Origin: Eledone cirrhosa | Lineage: Eukaryota | Direction: 5' to 3' | Assembly: GCA_964016885.1 (NCBI GenBank) | Contig: OZ024744.1 | Location: 99,014,001 to 99,078,000, forward strand | Length of the DNA stretch: 64,000 bases | Shown: positions 47,586 to 62,500 of the stretch, piece by piece | How positions within the stretch are numbered: the first letter of the stretch is position 1 | Layout of the letters: the number at the start of each line of letters is the position of its first letter | The notes under the pieces: model-generated | The model's input: only the letters and a program-made list of their open reading frames with translations | The model's database searches: none | Told to the model about the DNA's origin: nothing | Program-made: the position numbers and the translations under genes

Positions 47586-50500
47586 TCAACATCTGAAGAC
47601 TCCAGGCCACCACAAAGCTCAGATCTAAACATCAAATTCTGAAGACTGCAGTCTACCACAAAGCTCAGATCTAATCATCAACATCAGAAGACTGCAGGCT
47701 ACCACAAAGCTCAGATCTAATCATCAACATCAGAAGACTGCAGGCTACCACAAAGCTCAGATCTAAACATCAACATCAGAAGACTGCAGGCTACTACAAA
47801 GCTCAGATCTAAACATCAACAACAGATGACTGCAGGCTACCACAAAGCTCAGATCTAAACATCAACATCTGAAGACTGCAGGCTACCACAAAGCTCAGAT
47901 CTAAACATCAACAACAGATGACTGCAGGCTACCACAAAGCTCAGATCTAAACATCAACATCTGAAGACTGCAGGCTACCACAAAGCTCAGATCTAAACAT
48001 CAACATCTGAAGACAGCAGGCTACCACAAAGCTCAGATCTAAACATCAACATGTGAAGACTGCAGGCTAGCACAAAGCTCAGATCTAAACATCAACATCT
48101 GAAGACTGCAGGCTACCACAAAGATCACATCTAAACATCAACAGCTGAAGACTGCAGGCCACCAGAAAGCTCAGATCTATACATCAAGATCTGAAGACTG
48201 CAGGCTACCACAAAGCTCAGATCTAAACATCAACATCTGAAGACTGCAGGCTACCACAAAGCTCAGATCTAAACATCAACATCTGAAGACTGCAGGCTAC
48301 CACAAAGATCACATCTAAACATCAACATCAGAAGACTGCAGGCTACCACAAAGCTCAGATCTAAACTTCAACATCTGAAGACAGCAGGCTACCATAAAGC
48401 TCAGATCTAAACATCAACATCTGAAGACAGCAGGCTACCACAAAGCTCAGATCTAAACATCAACATCTGAAGACTGCAGGCTACCACAAAGCTCAGATCT
48501 AAACATCAACATCTGAAGACAGCAGGCTACCACAAAGCTCAGATCTAATCATCAACATCTGAGGACTGCAGGCTACCACAAAGCTCAGATCTAATCATCA
48601 ACATCTGAAGACTGCAGGCTACCACAAAGCTCAGATCTAAACATCAACATCTGAAGACTGCAGACTACCACAAAGCTCAGATCTAATCATCAACATCTAA
48701 AGACTGCAGGCTACCACAAATCTCAGAAGACAGCAGGCTACCACAAAGCTCAGATCTAAACATCAACATCTGAAGACATCAGGCTACCACAAAGCTCAGA
48801 TCTAAACATCAACATCTGAAGACAGCAGGCTACCACAAAGCTCAGAAGACTGCAGTCTACCACAAAGCTCAGATCTAAACATCAACATCAGAAGACTGCA
48901 GGCTACCACAAAGCTCAGATCTAAACATCAACATCTGAAGACTGCAGTCTACCACAAAGCTCAGATCTAAACATCAACATCAGAAGACTGCAGGCTACCA
49001 CAAAGCTCAGATCTAAACATCAACATCAGAAGACTGCAGGCTACCACAAAGCTCAGATCTAAACATCAACATCTGAAGACTGCAGGCTACCACAAAGCTC
49101 AGATCTAAACATCAACATCTGAAGACTGCAGGCAACCACAAAGCTCAGATCTAAACATCAACATCTGAAGACTGCAGGCTACCACAAAGATCAGATCTAA
49201 ACATCAACATCTGAAGACTGCAGGCAACCACAAAGCTCAGATCTAAACATCAACATCTGAAGACTGCAGGCTACCACAAACTTCAGATCTAATCATCAAC
49301 ATCAGAAGACTGCAGGCTACCACAAAGCTCAGATCTAAATATCAACATCTGAAGACTGCAGGCTACCACAAAGCTCAGATCTAAACATCAACATCAGAAG
49401 ACTGCAGGCTACCACAAAGCTCAGATCTAAACATCAACATCTGAAGACTGCAGGCTACCACAAAGCTCAGATCTAAACATCTACATCTGAAGACAGCAGG
49501 CTACCACAAAGCTCAGATCTAATCATCAACATCTGAGGACTGCAGGCTACCACAAAGCTCAGATCTAATCATCAACATCTGAAGACTGCAGGCTACCACA
49601 AAGCTCAGATCTAAACATCAACATCTGAAGACTGCAGACTACCACAAAGCTCAGATCTAATCATCAACATCTGAAGACTGCAGGCTACCACAAATCTCAG
49701 AAGACAGCAAGCTACCACAAAGGTCAGATCTAAACATCAACATCTGAAGACAGCAGGCTACCACAAAGCTCAGATCTAAACATCAACATCAGAAGACTGT
49801 AGGCTACCACAAAGCTCAGATCTAAACATCAACATCTGAAGACAGCAGGCTACCACAAAGCTCACATCTAAACATCAACATCAGAAGACTGTAGGCTACC
49901 ACAAAGCTCAGATCTAAACATCAACATCTGAAGACAGCAGGCTACCACAAAGCTCAGATCTAAACATCAACATCTGAAGACAGCAGGCTACCACAAAGCT
50001 CAGAAGACTGCAGTCTACCACAAAGCTCAGATCTAAACATCAACATCAGAAGACTGCAGGCTACCACAAAGCTCAGATCTAAACATCAACATCTGAAGAC
50101 TGCATGCTACCACAAAGCTCAGATCTAAACATCAACATCTAAAGACTGCAGGCTACCACAAAGCTCAGATCTAAACATCAACATCTGAAGACTGCAGGCA
50201 ACCACAAAGCTCAGATCTGAACATCAACATCTGAAGACTGCAGGCTACCACAAATATCAGATCTAAACATCAACATCTGAAGACTGCAGGCGACCACAAA
50301 GCTCAGATCTAAACATCAACATCTGAAGACTGCAGGCAACCACAAAGCTCAGATCTAAACATCAACATCTGAAGACTGCAGGCTACCACAAAGCTCAGAT
50401 CTAATCATCAACATCAGAAGACTGCAGGCTACCACAAAGCTCAGATCTAAATATCAACATCTGAAGACTGCAGGCTACCACAAAGCTCAGATCTAAACAT

Positions 50501-53500
50501 CAACATCAGAAGACTGCAGGCTACCACAAAGCTCAGATCTAAACATCAACATCTGAAGACTGCAGGCTACCACAAAGATCAGATCTAAACATCAACATCT
50601 GAAGACTGCCGGCTACCACAAAGCTCAGATCTAAACATCAACAGCTGAAGACTGCAGGCTACCACAAAGCTCAGATCTATACATCAACATCTGAAGACTG
50701 CAGGCTACCACAAAGCTCAGATCTAAACATCAACATCTGAAGACTGCAGGCTACCACAAAGCTCAGATCTAAACATCAACATCTGAAGACTGCAGGCCAC
50801 CACAAAGCTCAGATCTATACATCAACATCTGAAGACTGCAGGCTACCACAAAGCTCACATCTAAACATCAACATCTGAAGACTGCAGGCCACCACAAAGC
50901 TCAGATCTATACATCAACATCTGAAGACTGCAGTCTACCACAAAGCTCAGATCTAAACATCAACATCAGAAGACTGTAGGCTACCACAAAGCTCAGATCT
51001 AAACATCAACATCTGAAGACTGCAGGCTACCACAAAGCTCAGATCTAAACATCAACATCGAAAGACTGCAGGCTACCACAAAGCTCACATCTAAACATCA
51101 ACATCTGAAGACTGCAGGCTACCACAAAGCTCAGATCTATACATCCACATCTAAAGACTGCAGGCTACCACAAAGCTCAGATCTAAACATCAACATCTGA
51201 AGACTGCAGGCTACCACAAAGCTCAGATCTATACATCAACATCTGAAGACAGCAGGCTACCACAAAGCTCAGATCTAATCATCAACATCTGAAGACTGCA
51301 GGCTACCACAAAGCTCAGATCTAATCATCAACATCTGAAGACTGCAGGCTACCACAAAGCTCAGATCTAAACATCAACATCTGAAGACTGCAGACTACCA
51401 CAAAGCTCAGATCTAATCATCAACATCTGAAGACTGCAGGCTACCACAAATCTCAGAAGACAGCAGGCTACCACAAAGCTCAGATCTAAACATCAACATC
51501 TGAAGACAGCAGGCTACCACAAAGCTCAGATCTAAACATCAACATCTGAAGACAGCAGGCTACCACAAAGCTCAGAAGACTGCAGTCTACCACAAAGCTC
51601 AGATCTAAACATCAACATCAGAAGACTGCAGGCTACTACAAAGCTCAGATCTAAACATCAACATCTGAAGACTGCAGGCTACCACAAAGCTCAGATCTAA
51701 ACATCAACATCGAAAGACTGCAGGCTACCACAAAGCTCACATCTAAACATCAACATCTGAAGACTGCAGGCTACCACAAAGCTCAGATCTCTACTTCCAC
51801 ATCTAAAGACTGCAGGCTACCACAAAGCTCAGATCTAAACATCAACATCTGAAGACTGCAGGCTACCACAAAGCTCAGATCTATACATCAACATCTGAAG
51901 ACAGCAGGCTACCACAAAGCTCAGATCTAATCATCAACATCTGAAGACTGCAGGCTACCACAAAGCTCAGATCTAATCATCAACATCTGAAGACTGCAGG
52001 CTACCACAAAGCTCAGATCTAAACATCAACATCTGAAGACTGCAGACTACCACAAAGCTCAGATCTAATCATCAACATCTGAAGACTGCAGGCTACCACA
52101 AATCTCAGAAGACATCAGGCTACCACAAAGCTCAGATCTAAACATCAACATCAGAAGACTGCAGGCTACTACAAAGCTCAGATCTAAACATCAACATCTG
52201 AAGACTGCAGGCTACCACAAAGCTCAGATCTATATATCCACATCTAAAGACTGCAGGCTACCACAAAGCTCAGATCTAAACATCAACATCTGAAGACTGC
52301 AGGCTACCACAAAGCTCAGATCTATACATCAACATCTGAAGACAGCAGGCTACCACAAAGCTCAGATCTAATCATCAACATCTGAAGACTGCAGGCTACC
52401 ACAAAGCTCAGATCTAATCATCAACATCTGAAGACTGCAGGCTACCACAAAGCTCAGATCTAAACATCAACATCTGAAGACTGCAGACTACCACAAAGCT
52501 CAGATCTAATCATCAACATCTGAAGACTTCAGGCTACCACAAATCTCAGAAGACAGCAGGCTACCACAAAGCTCAGATCTAAACATCAACATCTGAAGAC
52601 AGCAGGCTACCACAAAGCTCAGATCTAAACATCAACATCTGAAGACAGCAGGCTACCACAAAGCTCAGAAGACTGCAGTCTACCACAAAGCTCAGATCTA
52701 AACATCAACATCAGAAGACTGCAGGCTACTACAAAGCTCAGATCTAAACATCAACATCTGAAGACAGCAGGCTACCACAAAGCTCAGATCTAAACATCAA
52801 CATCAGAAGACTGCAGGCTACCACAAAGCTCAGATCTAAACATCAACATCTGAAGACTGCAGGCTACCACAAAGCTCAGATCTAAACATCAACATCAGAA
52901 GACTGCAGGCCACCACAAAGCTCAGATCTATACATCAACATCTGAAGACTGCAGGCTACCACAAAGCTCAGATCTAAACATCAACAATAGAAGACTGCAG
53001 GCTACCACAAAGCTCAGATCTAAACATCAACATCTGAAGACTGCAGGCTACCACAAAGCTCAGATCTAAACATCAACATCTGAAGACTGCAGGCTACCAC
53101 TAAGCTCAGATCTGAACATCAACATCTGAAGACTGTAGGCTACCACAAAACTCAGATCTAAACATCAACAACAGAAGACTGCAGGCTACCACAAATCTCA
53201 GATCTAAACATCAACATCTGAAGACTGCAGGCTACCACAAAGCTCAGATCTAAACATCAACATCTGAAGACTGCAGGCTACCACAAAGATCACATCTAAA
53301 CATCAACAGCTGAAGACTGCAGGACACCAGAAAGCTCAGATCTATACATCAATATCTGAAGACTGCAGGCTACCACAAAGCTCAGATCTAAACATCAACA
53401 TCTGAAGACTGCAGGCTACCACAAAGCTCAGATCTAAATATCAACATCAGAAGACTGCAGGCTACCACAAAGCTCAGATCTAAACATCAACATCTGAAGA

Positions 53501-56500
53501 CTGCAGCCTACCACAAAGCTCACGTCTAAACATCAACATCTGAAGACTGCAGCCTACCACAAAGCTCACGTCTAAACATCAACATCTGAAGACTGCAGGC
53601 TACCACAAAGCTCAGATCTAAACATCAACATCAGAAGACTGCAGGCTACCACAAAGCTCAGATCTAAACTTCAACATCTGAAGACAGCAGGCTACCATAA
53701 AGCTCAGATCTAAACATCAACATCTGAAGACAGCAGGCTACCACAAAGCTCAGATCTAAACATCAACATCTGAAGACTGCAGGCTACCACAAAGCTCAGA
53801 TCTAAACATCAACATCTGAAGACAGCAGGCTACCACAAAGCTCAGATCTAATCATCAACATCTGAAGACTGCAGGCTACCACAAAGCTCAGATCTAATCA
53901 TCAACATCTGAAGACTGCAGGCTACCACAAAGCTCAGATCTAAACATCAACATCTAGAGACTGCAGACTACCACAAAGCTCAGATCTAATCATCAACATC
54001 TGAAGACTGCAGGCTACCACAAATCTCAGAAGACAGCAGGCTACCACAAAGCTCAGATCTAAACATCAACATCTGAAGACAGCAGGCTACCACAAAGCTC
54101 AGATCTAAACATCAACATCTGAAGACAGCAGGCTACCACAAAGCTCAGAAGACTGCAGTCTACCACAAAGCTCAGATCTAAACATCAACATCAGAAGACT
54201 GCAGGCTACCACAAAGCTCAGATCTAAACATCAACATCTGAAGACTGCAGGCTACCACAAAGCTCAGATCTAAACATCAACATCTGAAGACTGCAGGCTA
54301 CCACAAAGCTCAGATCTAAACATCAACATCTGAAGACTGCAGGCAACCACAAAGCTCAGATCTGAACATCAACATCTGAAGACTGCAGGCTACCACAAAG
54401 ATCAGATCTAAACATCAACATCTGAAGACTGCAGGCTACCACAAAGCTCAGATCTAAACATCAACATCTGAAGACTGCAGGCAACCACAAAGCTCAGATC
54501 TAAACATCAACATCTGAAGACTGCAGGCTACCACAAAGATCAGATCTAAACATCAACATCTGAAGACTGCAGGCAACCACAAACTCAGATCTAAACATCA
54601 ACATCTGAAGACTCCAGGCTACCACAAACGTCAGATCTAATCATCAACATCAGAAGACTGCAGGCTACCACAAAGCTCAGATCTAAACATCAACATCTGA
54701 AGACTGCAGGCTACCACAAAGCTCAGATCTAAACATCAACATCAGAAGACTGCAGGCTACCACAAAGCTCAGATCTAAACATCAACATCTGAAGACTGCA
54801 GGCTACCACAAAGATCAGATCTAAACATCAACATCTGAAGACTGCAGGCTACCACAAAGCTCAGATCTAAACATCAACATCTGAAGACTGCAGGCTACCA
54901 CAAAGCTCAGATCTAAACATCAACATCTGAAGACTGCAGGCCACCACAAAGCTCAGATCTATACATCAACATCTGAAGACTGCAGGCTACCACAAAGCTC
55001 ACATCTAAACATCAACATCTGAAGACTGCAGGCCACCACAAAGCTCAGATCTATACAGCAACATCTGAAGACTGCAGTCTACCACAAAGCTCAGATCTAA
55101 ACATCAACATCAGAAGACTGTAGGCTACCACAAAGCTCAGATCTAAACATCAACATCTGAAGACTGCAGGCTACCACAAAGCTCAGATCTAATCATCAAC
55201 ATCTGAAGACTGCAGGCTACCACAAAGCTCAGATCTAAACATCAACATCTGAACACTGCAGGCTACCACAAAGCTCAGATCTAAACATCAACATCAGAAG
55301 ACTGCAGGCTACCACAAAGCTCAGATCTAAACATCAACATCTGAAGACTGCAGGCTACCACAAAGATCAGATCTAAACATCAACATCTGAAGACTGCAGG
55401 CTACCACAAAGCTCAGATCTAAACATCAACATCTGAAGACTGCAGGCTACCACAAAGCTCAGATCTAAACATCAACATCTGAAGACTGCAGGCCACCACA
55501 AAGCTCAGATCTATACATCAACATCTGAAGACTGCAGGCTACCACAAAGCTCACATCTAAACCTCAACATCTGAAGACTGCAGGCCACCACAAAGCTCAG
55601 ATCTATACAGCAACATCTGAAGACTGCAGTCTACCACAAAGCTCAGATCTAAACATCAACATCTGAAGACTGCAGGCCACCACAAAGCTCAGATCTATAC
55701 ATCAACATCTGAAGACTGCAGGCTACCACAAAGCTCACATCTAAACCTCAACATCTGAAGACTGCAGGCCACCACAAAGCTCAGATCTATACAGCAACAT
55801 CTGAAGACTGCAGTCTACCACAAAGCTCAGATCTAAACATCAACATCTGAAGACTGCAGGCTACCACAAAGCTCAGATCTAATCATCAACATCTGAAGAC
55901 TGCAGGCTACCACAAAGCTCAGATCTAAACATCAACATCTGAAGACTGCAGGCTACCACAAAGCTCAGATCTAAACATCAACATCTGAAGACAGCAGGCT
56001 ACCACAAATCTCAGAAGACTGCAGTCTACCACAAAGCTCAGATCTAAACATCAACATCAGAAGACTGCAGGCTACTACAAAGCTCAGATCTAAACATCAA
56101 CATCTGAAGACTGCAGGCTACCACAAAGCTCAGATCTATACATCCACATCTAAAGACTGCAGGCTACCACAAAGCTCAGATCTAAACATCAACATCTGAA
56201 GACTGCAGGCTACCACAAAGCTCAGATCTATACATCAACATCTGAAGACAGCAGGCTACCACAAAGCTCAGATCTAATCATCAACATCTGAAGACTGCAG
56301 GCTACCACAAAGCTCAGATCTAATCATCAACATCTGAAGACTGCAGGCTACCACAAAGCTCAGATCTAAACATCAACATCTGAAGACTGCAGACTACCAC
56401 AAAGCTCAGATCTAATCATCAACATCTGAAGACTGCAGGCTACCACAAATCTCAGAAGACAGCAGGCTACCACAAAGCTCAGATCTAAACATCAACATCT

Positions 56501-59500
56501 GAAGACAGCAGGCTACCACAAAGCTCAGATCTAAACATCAACATCTGAAGACAGCAGGCTACCACAAAGCTCAGAAGACTGCAGTCTACCACAAAGCTCA
56601 GATCTAAACATCAACATCAGAAGACTGCAGGCTACTACAAAGCTCAGATCTAAACATCAACATCTGAAGACAGCAAGCTACCACAAAGCTCAGATCTAAA
56701 CATCAACATCAGAAGACTGCAGGCTACCACAAAGCTCAGATCTAAACATCAACATCTGAAGACTGCAGGCTACCACAAAGCTCAGATCTAAACATCAACA
56801 TCAGAAGACTGCAGGCCACCACAAAGCTCAGATCTATACATCAACATCTGAAGACTGCAGGCTACCACAAAGCTCAGATCTAAACATCAACAATAGAAGA
56901 CTGCAGGCTACCACAAAGCTCAGATCTAAACATCAACATCTGAAGACTGCAGGCTACCACAAAGCTCAGATCTAAACATCAACATCTGAAGACTGCAGGC
57001 TACCACTAAGCTCAGATCTGAACATCAACATCTGAAGACTGTAGGCTACCACAAAACTCAGATCTAAACATCAACAACAGAAGACTGCAGGCTACCACAA
57101 ATCTCAGATCTAAACATCAACATCTGAAGACTGCAGGCTACCACAAAGCTCAGATCTAAACATCAACATCTGAAGACTGCAGGCTACCACAAAGATCACA
57201 TCTAAACATCAACAGCTGAAGACTGCAGGCCACCAGAAAGCTCAGATCTATACATCAACATCTGAAGACTGCAGGCTACCACAAAGCTCAGATCTAAACA
57301 TCAACATCTGAAGACTGCAGGCTACCATAAAGCTCAGATCTAAATATCAACATCAGAAGACTGCAGGCTACCACAAAGCTCAGATCTAAACATCAACATC
57401 TGAAGACTGCAGCCTACCACAAAGCTCACGTCTAAACATCAACATCTGAAGACTGCAGCCTACCACAAAGCTCACGTCTAAACATCAACATCTGAAGACT
57501 GCAGGCTACCACAAAGCTCAGATCTAAACATCAACATCAGAAGACTGCAGGCTACCACAAAGCTCAGATCTAAACTTCAACATCTGAAGACAGCAGGCTA
57601 CCATAAAGCTCAGATCTAAACATCAACATCTGAAGACAGCAGGCTACCACAAAGCTCAGATCTAAACATCAACATCTGAAGACTGCAGGCTACCACAAAG
57701 CTCAGATCTAAACATCAACATCTGAAGACAGCAGGCTACCACAAAGCTCAGATCTAATCATCAACATCTGAAGACTGCAGGCTACCACAAAGCTCAGATC
57801 TAATCATCAACATCTGAAGACTGCAGGCTACCACAAAGCTCAGATCTAAACATCAACATCTAGAGACTGCAGACTACCACAAAGCTCAGATCTAATCATC
57901 AACATCTGAAGACTGCAGGCTACCACAAATCTCAGAAGACAGCAGGCTACCACAAAGCTCAGATCTAAACATCAACATCTGAAGACAGCAGGCTACCACA
58001 AAGCTCAGATCTAAACATCAACATCTGAAGACAGCAGGCTACCACAAAGCTCAGAAGACTGCAGTCTACCACAAACGTCAGATCTAATCATCAACATCAG
58101 AAGACTGCAGGCTACCACAAAGCTCAGATCTAAACATCAACATCTGAAGACTGCAGGTTACCACAAAGCTCAGATCTAAACATCAACATCTGAAGACTGC
58201 AGGCTACCACAAAGCTCAGATCTAAACATCAACATCTGAAGACTGCAGGCTACCACAAAGATCAGATCTAAACATCAACATCTGAAGACTGCAGGCAACC
58301 ACAAACTCAGATCTAAACATCAACATCTGAAGACTGCAGGCTACCACAAACGTCAGATCTAATCATCAACATCAGAAGACTGCAGGCTACCACAAAGCTC
58401 AGATCTAAACATCAACATCTGAAGACTGCAGGCTACCACAAAGCTCAGATCTAAACATCAACATCAGAAGACTGCAGGCTACCACAAAGCTCAGATCTAA
58501 ACATCAACATCTGAAGACTGCAGGCTACCACAAAGATCAGATCTAAACATCAACATCTGAAGACTGCAGGCTACCACAAAGCTCAGATCTAAACATCAAC
58601 ATCTGAAGACTGCAGGCTACCACAAAGCTCAGATCTAAACATCAACATCTGAAGACTGCAGGCCACCACAAAGCTCAGATCTATACATCAACATCTGAAG
58701 ACTACAGGCTACCACAAAGCTCACATCTAAACATCAACATCTGAAGACTGCAGGCCACCACAAAGCTCAGATCTATACAGCAACATCTGAAGACTGCAGT
58801 CTACCACAAAGCTCAGATCTAAACATCAACATCAGAAGACTGTAGGCTACCACAAAGCTCAGATCTAAACATCAACATCTGAAGACTGCAGGCTACCACA
58901 AAGCTCAGATCTAATCATCAACATCTGAAGACTGCAGGCTACCACAAAGCTCAGATCTAAACATCAACATCTGAACACTGCAGGCTACCACAAAGCTCAG
59001 ATCTAAACATCAACATCAGAAGACTGCAGGCTACCACAAAGCTCAGATCTAAACATCAACATCTGAAGACTGCAGGCTACCACAAAGATCAGATCTAAAC
59101 ATCAACATCTGAAGACTGCAGGCTACCACAAAGCTCAGATCTAAACATCAACATCTGAAGACTGCAGGCTACCACAAAGCTCAGATCTAAACATCAACAT
59201 CTGAAGACTGCAGGCCACCACAAAGCTCAGATCTATACATCAACATCTGAAGACTGCAGGCTACCACAAAGCTCACATCTAAACCTCAACATCTGAAGAC
59301 TGCAGGCCACCACAAAGCTCAGATCTATACAGCAACATCTGAAGACTGCAGTCTACCACAAAGCTCAGATCTAAACATCAACATCAGAAGACTGTAGGCT
59401 ACCACAAAGCTCAGATCTAAACATCAACATCTGAAGACTGCAGGCTACCACAAAGCTCAGATCTAATCATCAACATCTGAAGACTGCAGGCTACCACAAA

Positions 59501-62500
59501 GCTCAGATCTAAACATCAACATCTGAAGACTGCAGGCTACCACAAAGCTCAGATCTAAACATCAACAACAGAAGACTGCAGGCTACCACAAAGCTCAGAT
59601 CTAAACATCAACATCTGAAGACTGCAGGCTACCACAAAGCTCAGATCTAAACATCAACATCGAAAGACTGCAGGCTACCACAAAGCTCACATCTAAACAT
59701 CAACAACTGAAGACTGCAGGCAACCACAAAGATCAGATCTAAACATCAACATCTGAAGACTGCAGGCAACCACAAACTCAGATCTAAACATCAACATCTG
59801 AAGACTGCAGGCTACCACAAACGTCAGATCTAATCATCAACATCAGAAGACTGCAGGCTACCACAAAGCTCAGATCTAAACATCAACATCTGAAGACTGC
59901 AGGCTACCACAAAGCTCAGATCTAAACATCAACATCAGAAGACTGCAGGCTACCACAAACCTCAGATCTAAACATCAACATCTGAAGACTGCAGGCTACC
60001 ACAAAGATCAGATCTAAACATCAACATCTGAAGACTGCAGGCTACCACAAAGCTCAGATCTAAACATCAACATCTGAAGACTGCAGGCTACCACAAAGCT
60101 CAGATCTAAACATCAACATCTGAAGACTGCAGGCCACCACAAAGCTCAGATCTATACATCAACATCTGAAGACTGCAGGCTACCACAAAGCTCACATCTA
60201 AACATCAACATCTGAAGACTGCAGGCCACCACAAAGCTCAGATCTATACAGCAACATCTGAAGACTGCAGTCTACCACAAAGCGCAGATCTAAACATCAA
60301 CATTAGAAGACTGTAGGCTACCACAAAGCTCAGATCTAAACATCAACATCTGAAGACTGCAGGCTACCACAACGCTCAGATCTAATCATCAACATCTGAA
60401 GACTGCAGGCTACCACAAAGCTCAGATCTAAACATCAACATCTGAACACTGCAGGCTACCACAAAGCTCACATCTAAACATCAACATCAGAAGACTGCAG
60501 GCTACCACAAAGCTCAGATCTAAACATCAACATCTGAAGACTGCAGGCTACCACAAAGATCAGATCTAAACATCAACATCTGAAGACTGCAGGCTACCAC
60601 AAAGCTCAGATCTAAACATCAACATCTGAAGACTGCAGGCTACCACAAAGCTCAGATCTAAACATCAACATCTGAAGACTGCAGGCCACCACAAAGCTCA
60701 GATCTATACATCAACATCTGAAGACTGCAGGCTACCACAAAGCTCACATCTAAACCTCAACATCTGAAGACTGCAGGCCACCACAAAGCTCAGATCTATA
60801 CAGCAACATCTGAAGACTGCAGGCTACCACAAAGCTCAGATCTAATCATCAACATCTGAAGACTGCAGGCTACCACAAAGCTCAGATCTAAACATCAACA
60901 TCTGAAGACTGCAGGCTACCACAAAGCTCAGATCTAAACATCAACAACAGAAGACTGCAGGCTACCACAAAGCTCAGATCTAAACATCAACATCTGAAGA
61001 CTGCAGGCTACCACAAAGCTCAGATCTAAACATCAACATCGAAAGACTGCAGGCTACCACAAAGCTCACATCTAAACATCAACAACTGAAGACTGCAGGC
61101 TACCACAAAGCTCAGATCTATACATCCACATCTAAAGACTGCAGGCTACCACAAAGCTCAGATCTAAACATCAACATCTGAAGACTGCAGGCTACCACAA
61201 AGCTCAGATCTATACATCAACATCTGAAGACAGCAGGCTACCACAAAGCTCAGATCTAATCATCAACATCTGAAGACTGCAGGCTACCACAAAGCTCAGA
61301 TCTAATCATCAAAATCTGAAGACTGCAGGCTACCACAAAGCTCAGATCTAAACATCAACATCTGAAGACTGCAGACTACCACAAAGCTCAGATCTAATCA
61401 TCAACATCTGAAGACTGCAGGCTACCACAAATATCAGAAGACAGCAGGCTACCACAAAGCTCAGATCTAAACATCAACATCTGAAGACAGCAGGCTACCA
61501 CAAAGCTCAGATCTAAACATCAACATCTGAAGACAGCAGGCTACCACAAAGCTCAGAAGACTGCAGTCTACCACAAAGCTCAGATCAAAACATCAACATC
61601 TGAAGACTGCAGGCTACCACAAACCTCAGATCTAATCATCAACATCAGAAGACTGCAGGCTACCACAAAGCTCAGATCTAAACATCAACATCTGAAGACT
61701 GCAGGCTACCACAAAGCTCAGATCTAAACATCAACATCTAAAGACTGCAGGCTACCACAAAGCTCAGATCTAAACATCAACATCTGAAGACTGCAGGCTA
61801 CCACAAAGCTCAGATCTAAACATCAACATCTGAAGACTGCAGGCTACCACAAAGCTCAGATCTAAACATCAACAACAGATGACTGCAGGCTACCACAAAG
61901 CTCAGATCTAAACATCAACATCTGAAGACTGCAGGCTACCACAAAGCTCAGATCTAAACATCAACATCAGAAGACTGCAGGCTACCACAAAGCTCAGATC
62001 TAAACATCAACAACAGATGACTGCAGGCTACCACAAAGCTCAGATCTAAACATCAACATCTGAAGACTGCAGGCTACCACAAAGCTCAGATCTAAACATC
62101 AACATCTGAAGACCGCAGGCTACCACAAAGCTCAGATCTAAACATCAACAACAGAAGACTGCAGGCTACCACAAAGCTCAGATCTAAACATCAACATCTG
62201 AAGACCGCACGCTACCACAAAGCTCAGATCTAAACATCAACAACAGAAGACTGCAGGCTACCACAAAGCTCAGATCTAAACATCAACATCTGAGGACTGT
62301 AGGCTACCACAAAGCTCAGATCTAAACATCAATATCTAAAGACTGCAGGCTACCACAAAGCTCAGATCTAAATATCAACATCTGAAGACTGCAGGCTACC
62401 ACAAAGCTCAGATCTAAACATCAACATCAGAAGACAGCAGGCTACCACAAAGCTCAGATCTAAATATCAACATCTGAAGACTGCAGGCTACCACAAAGCT

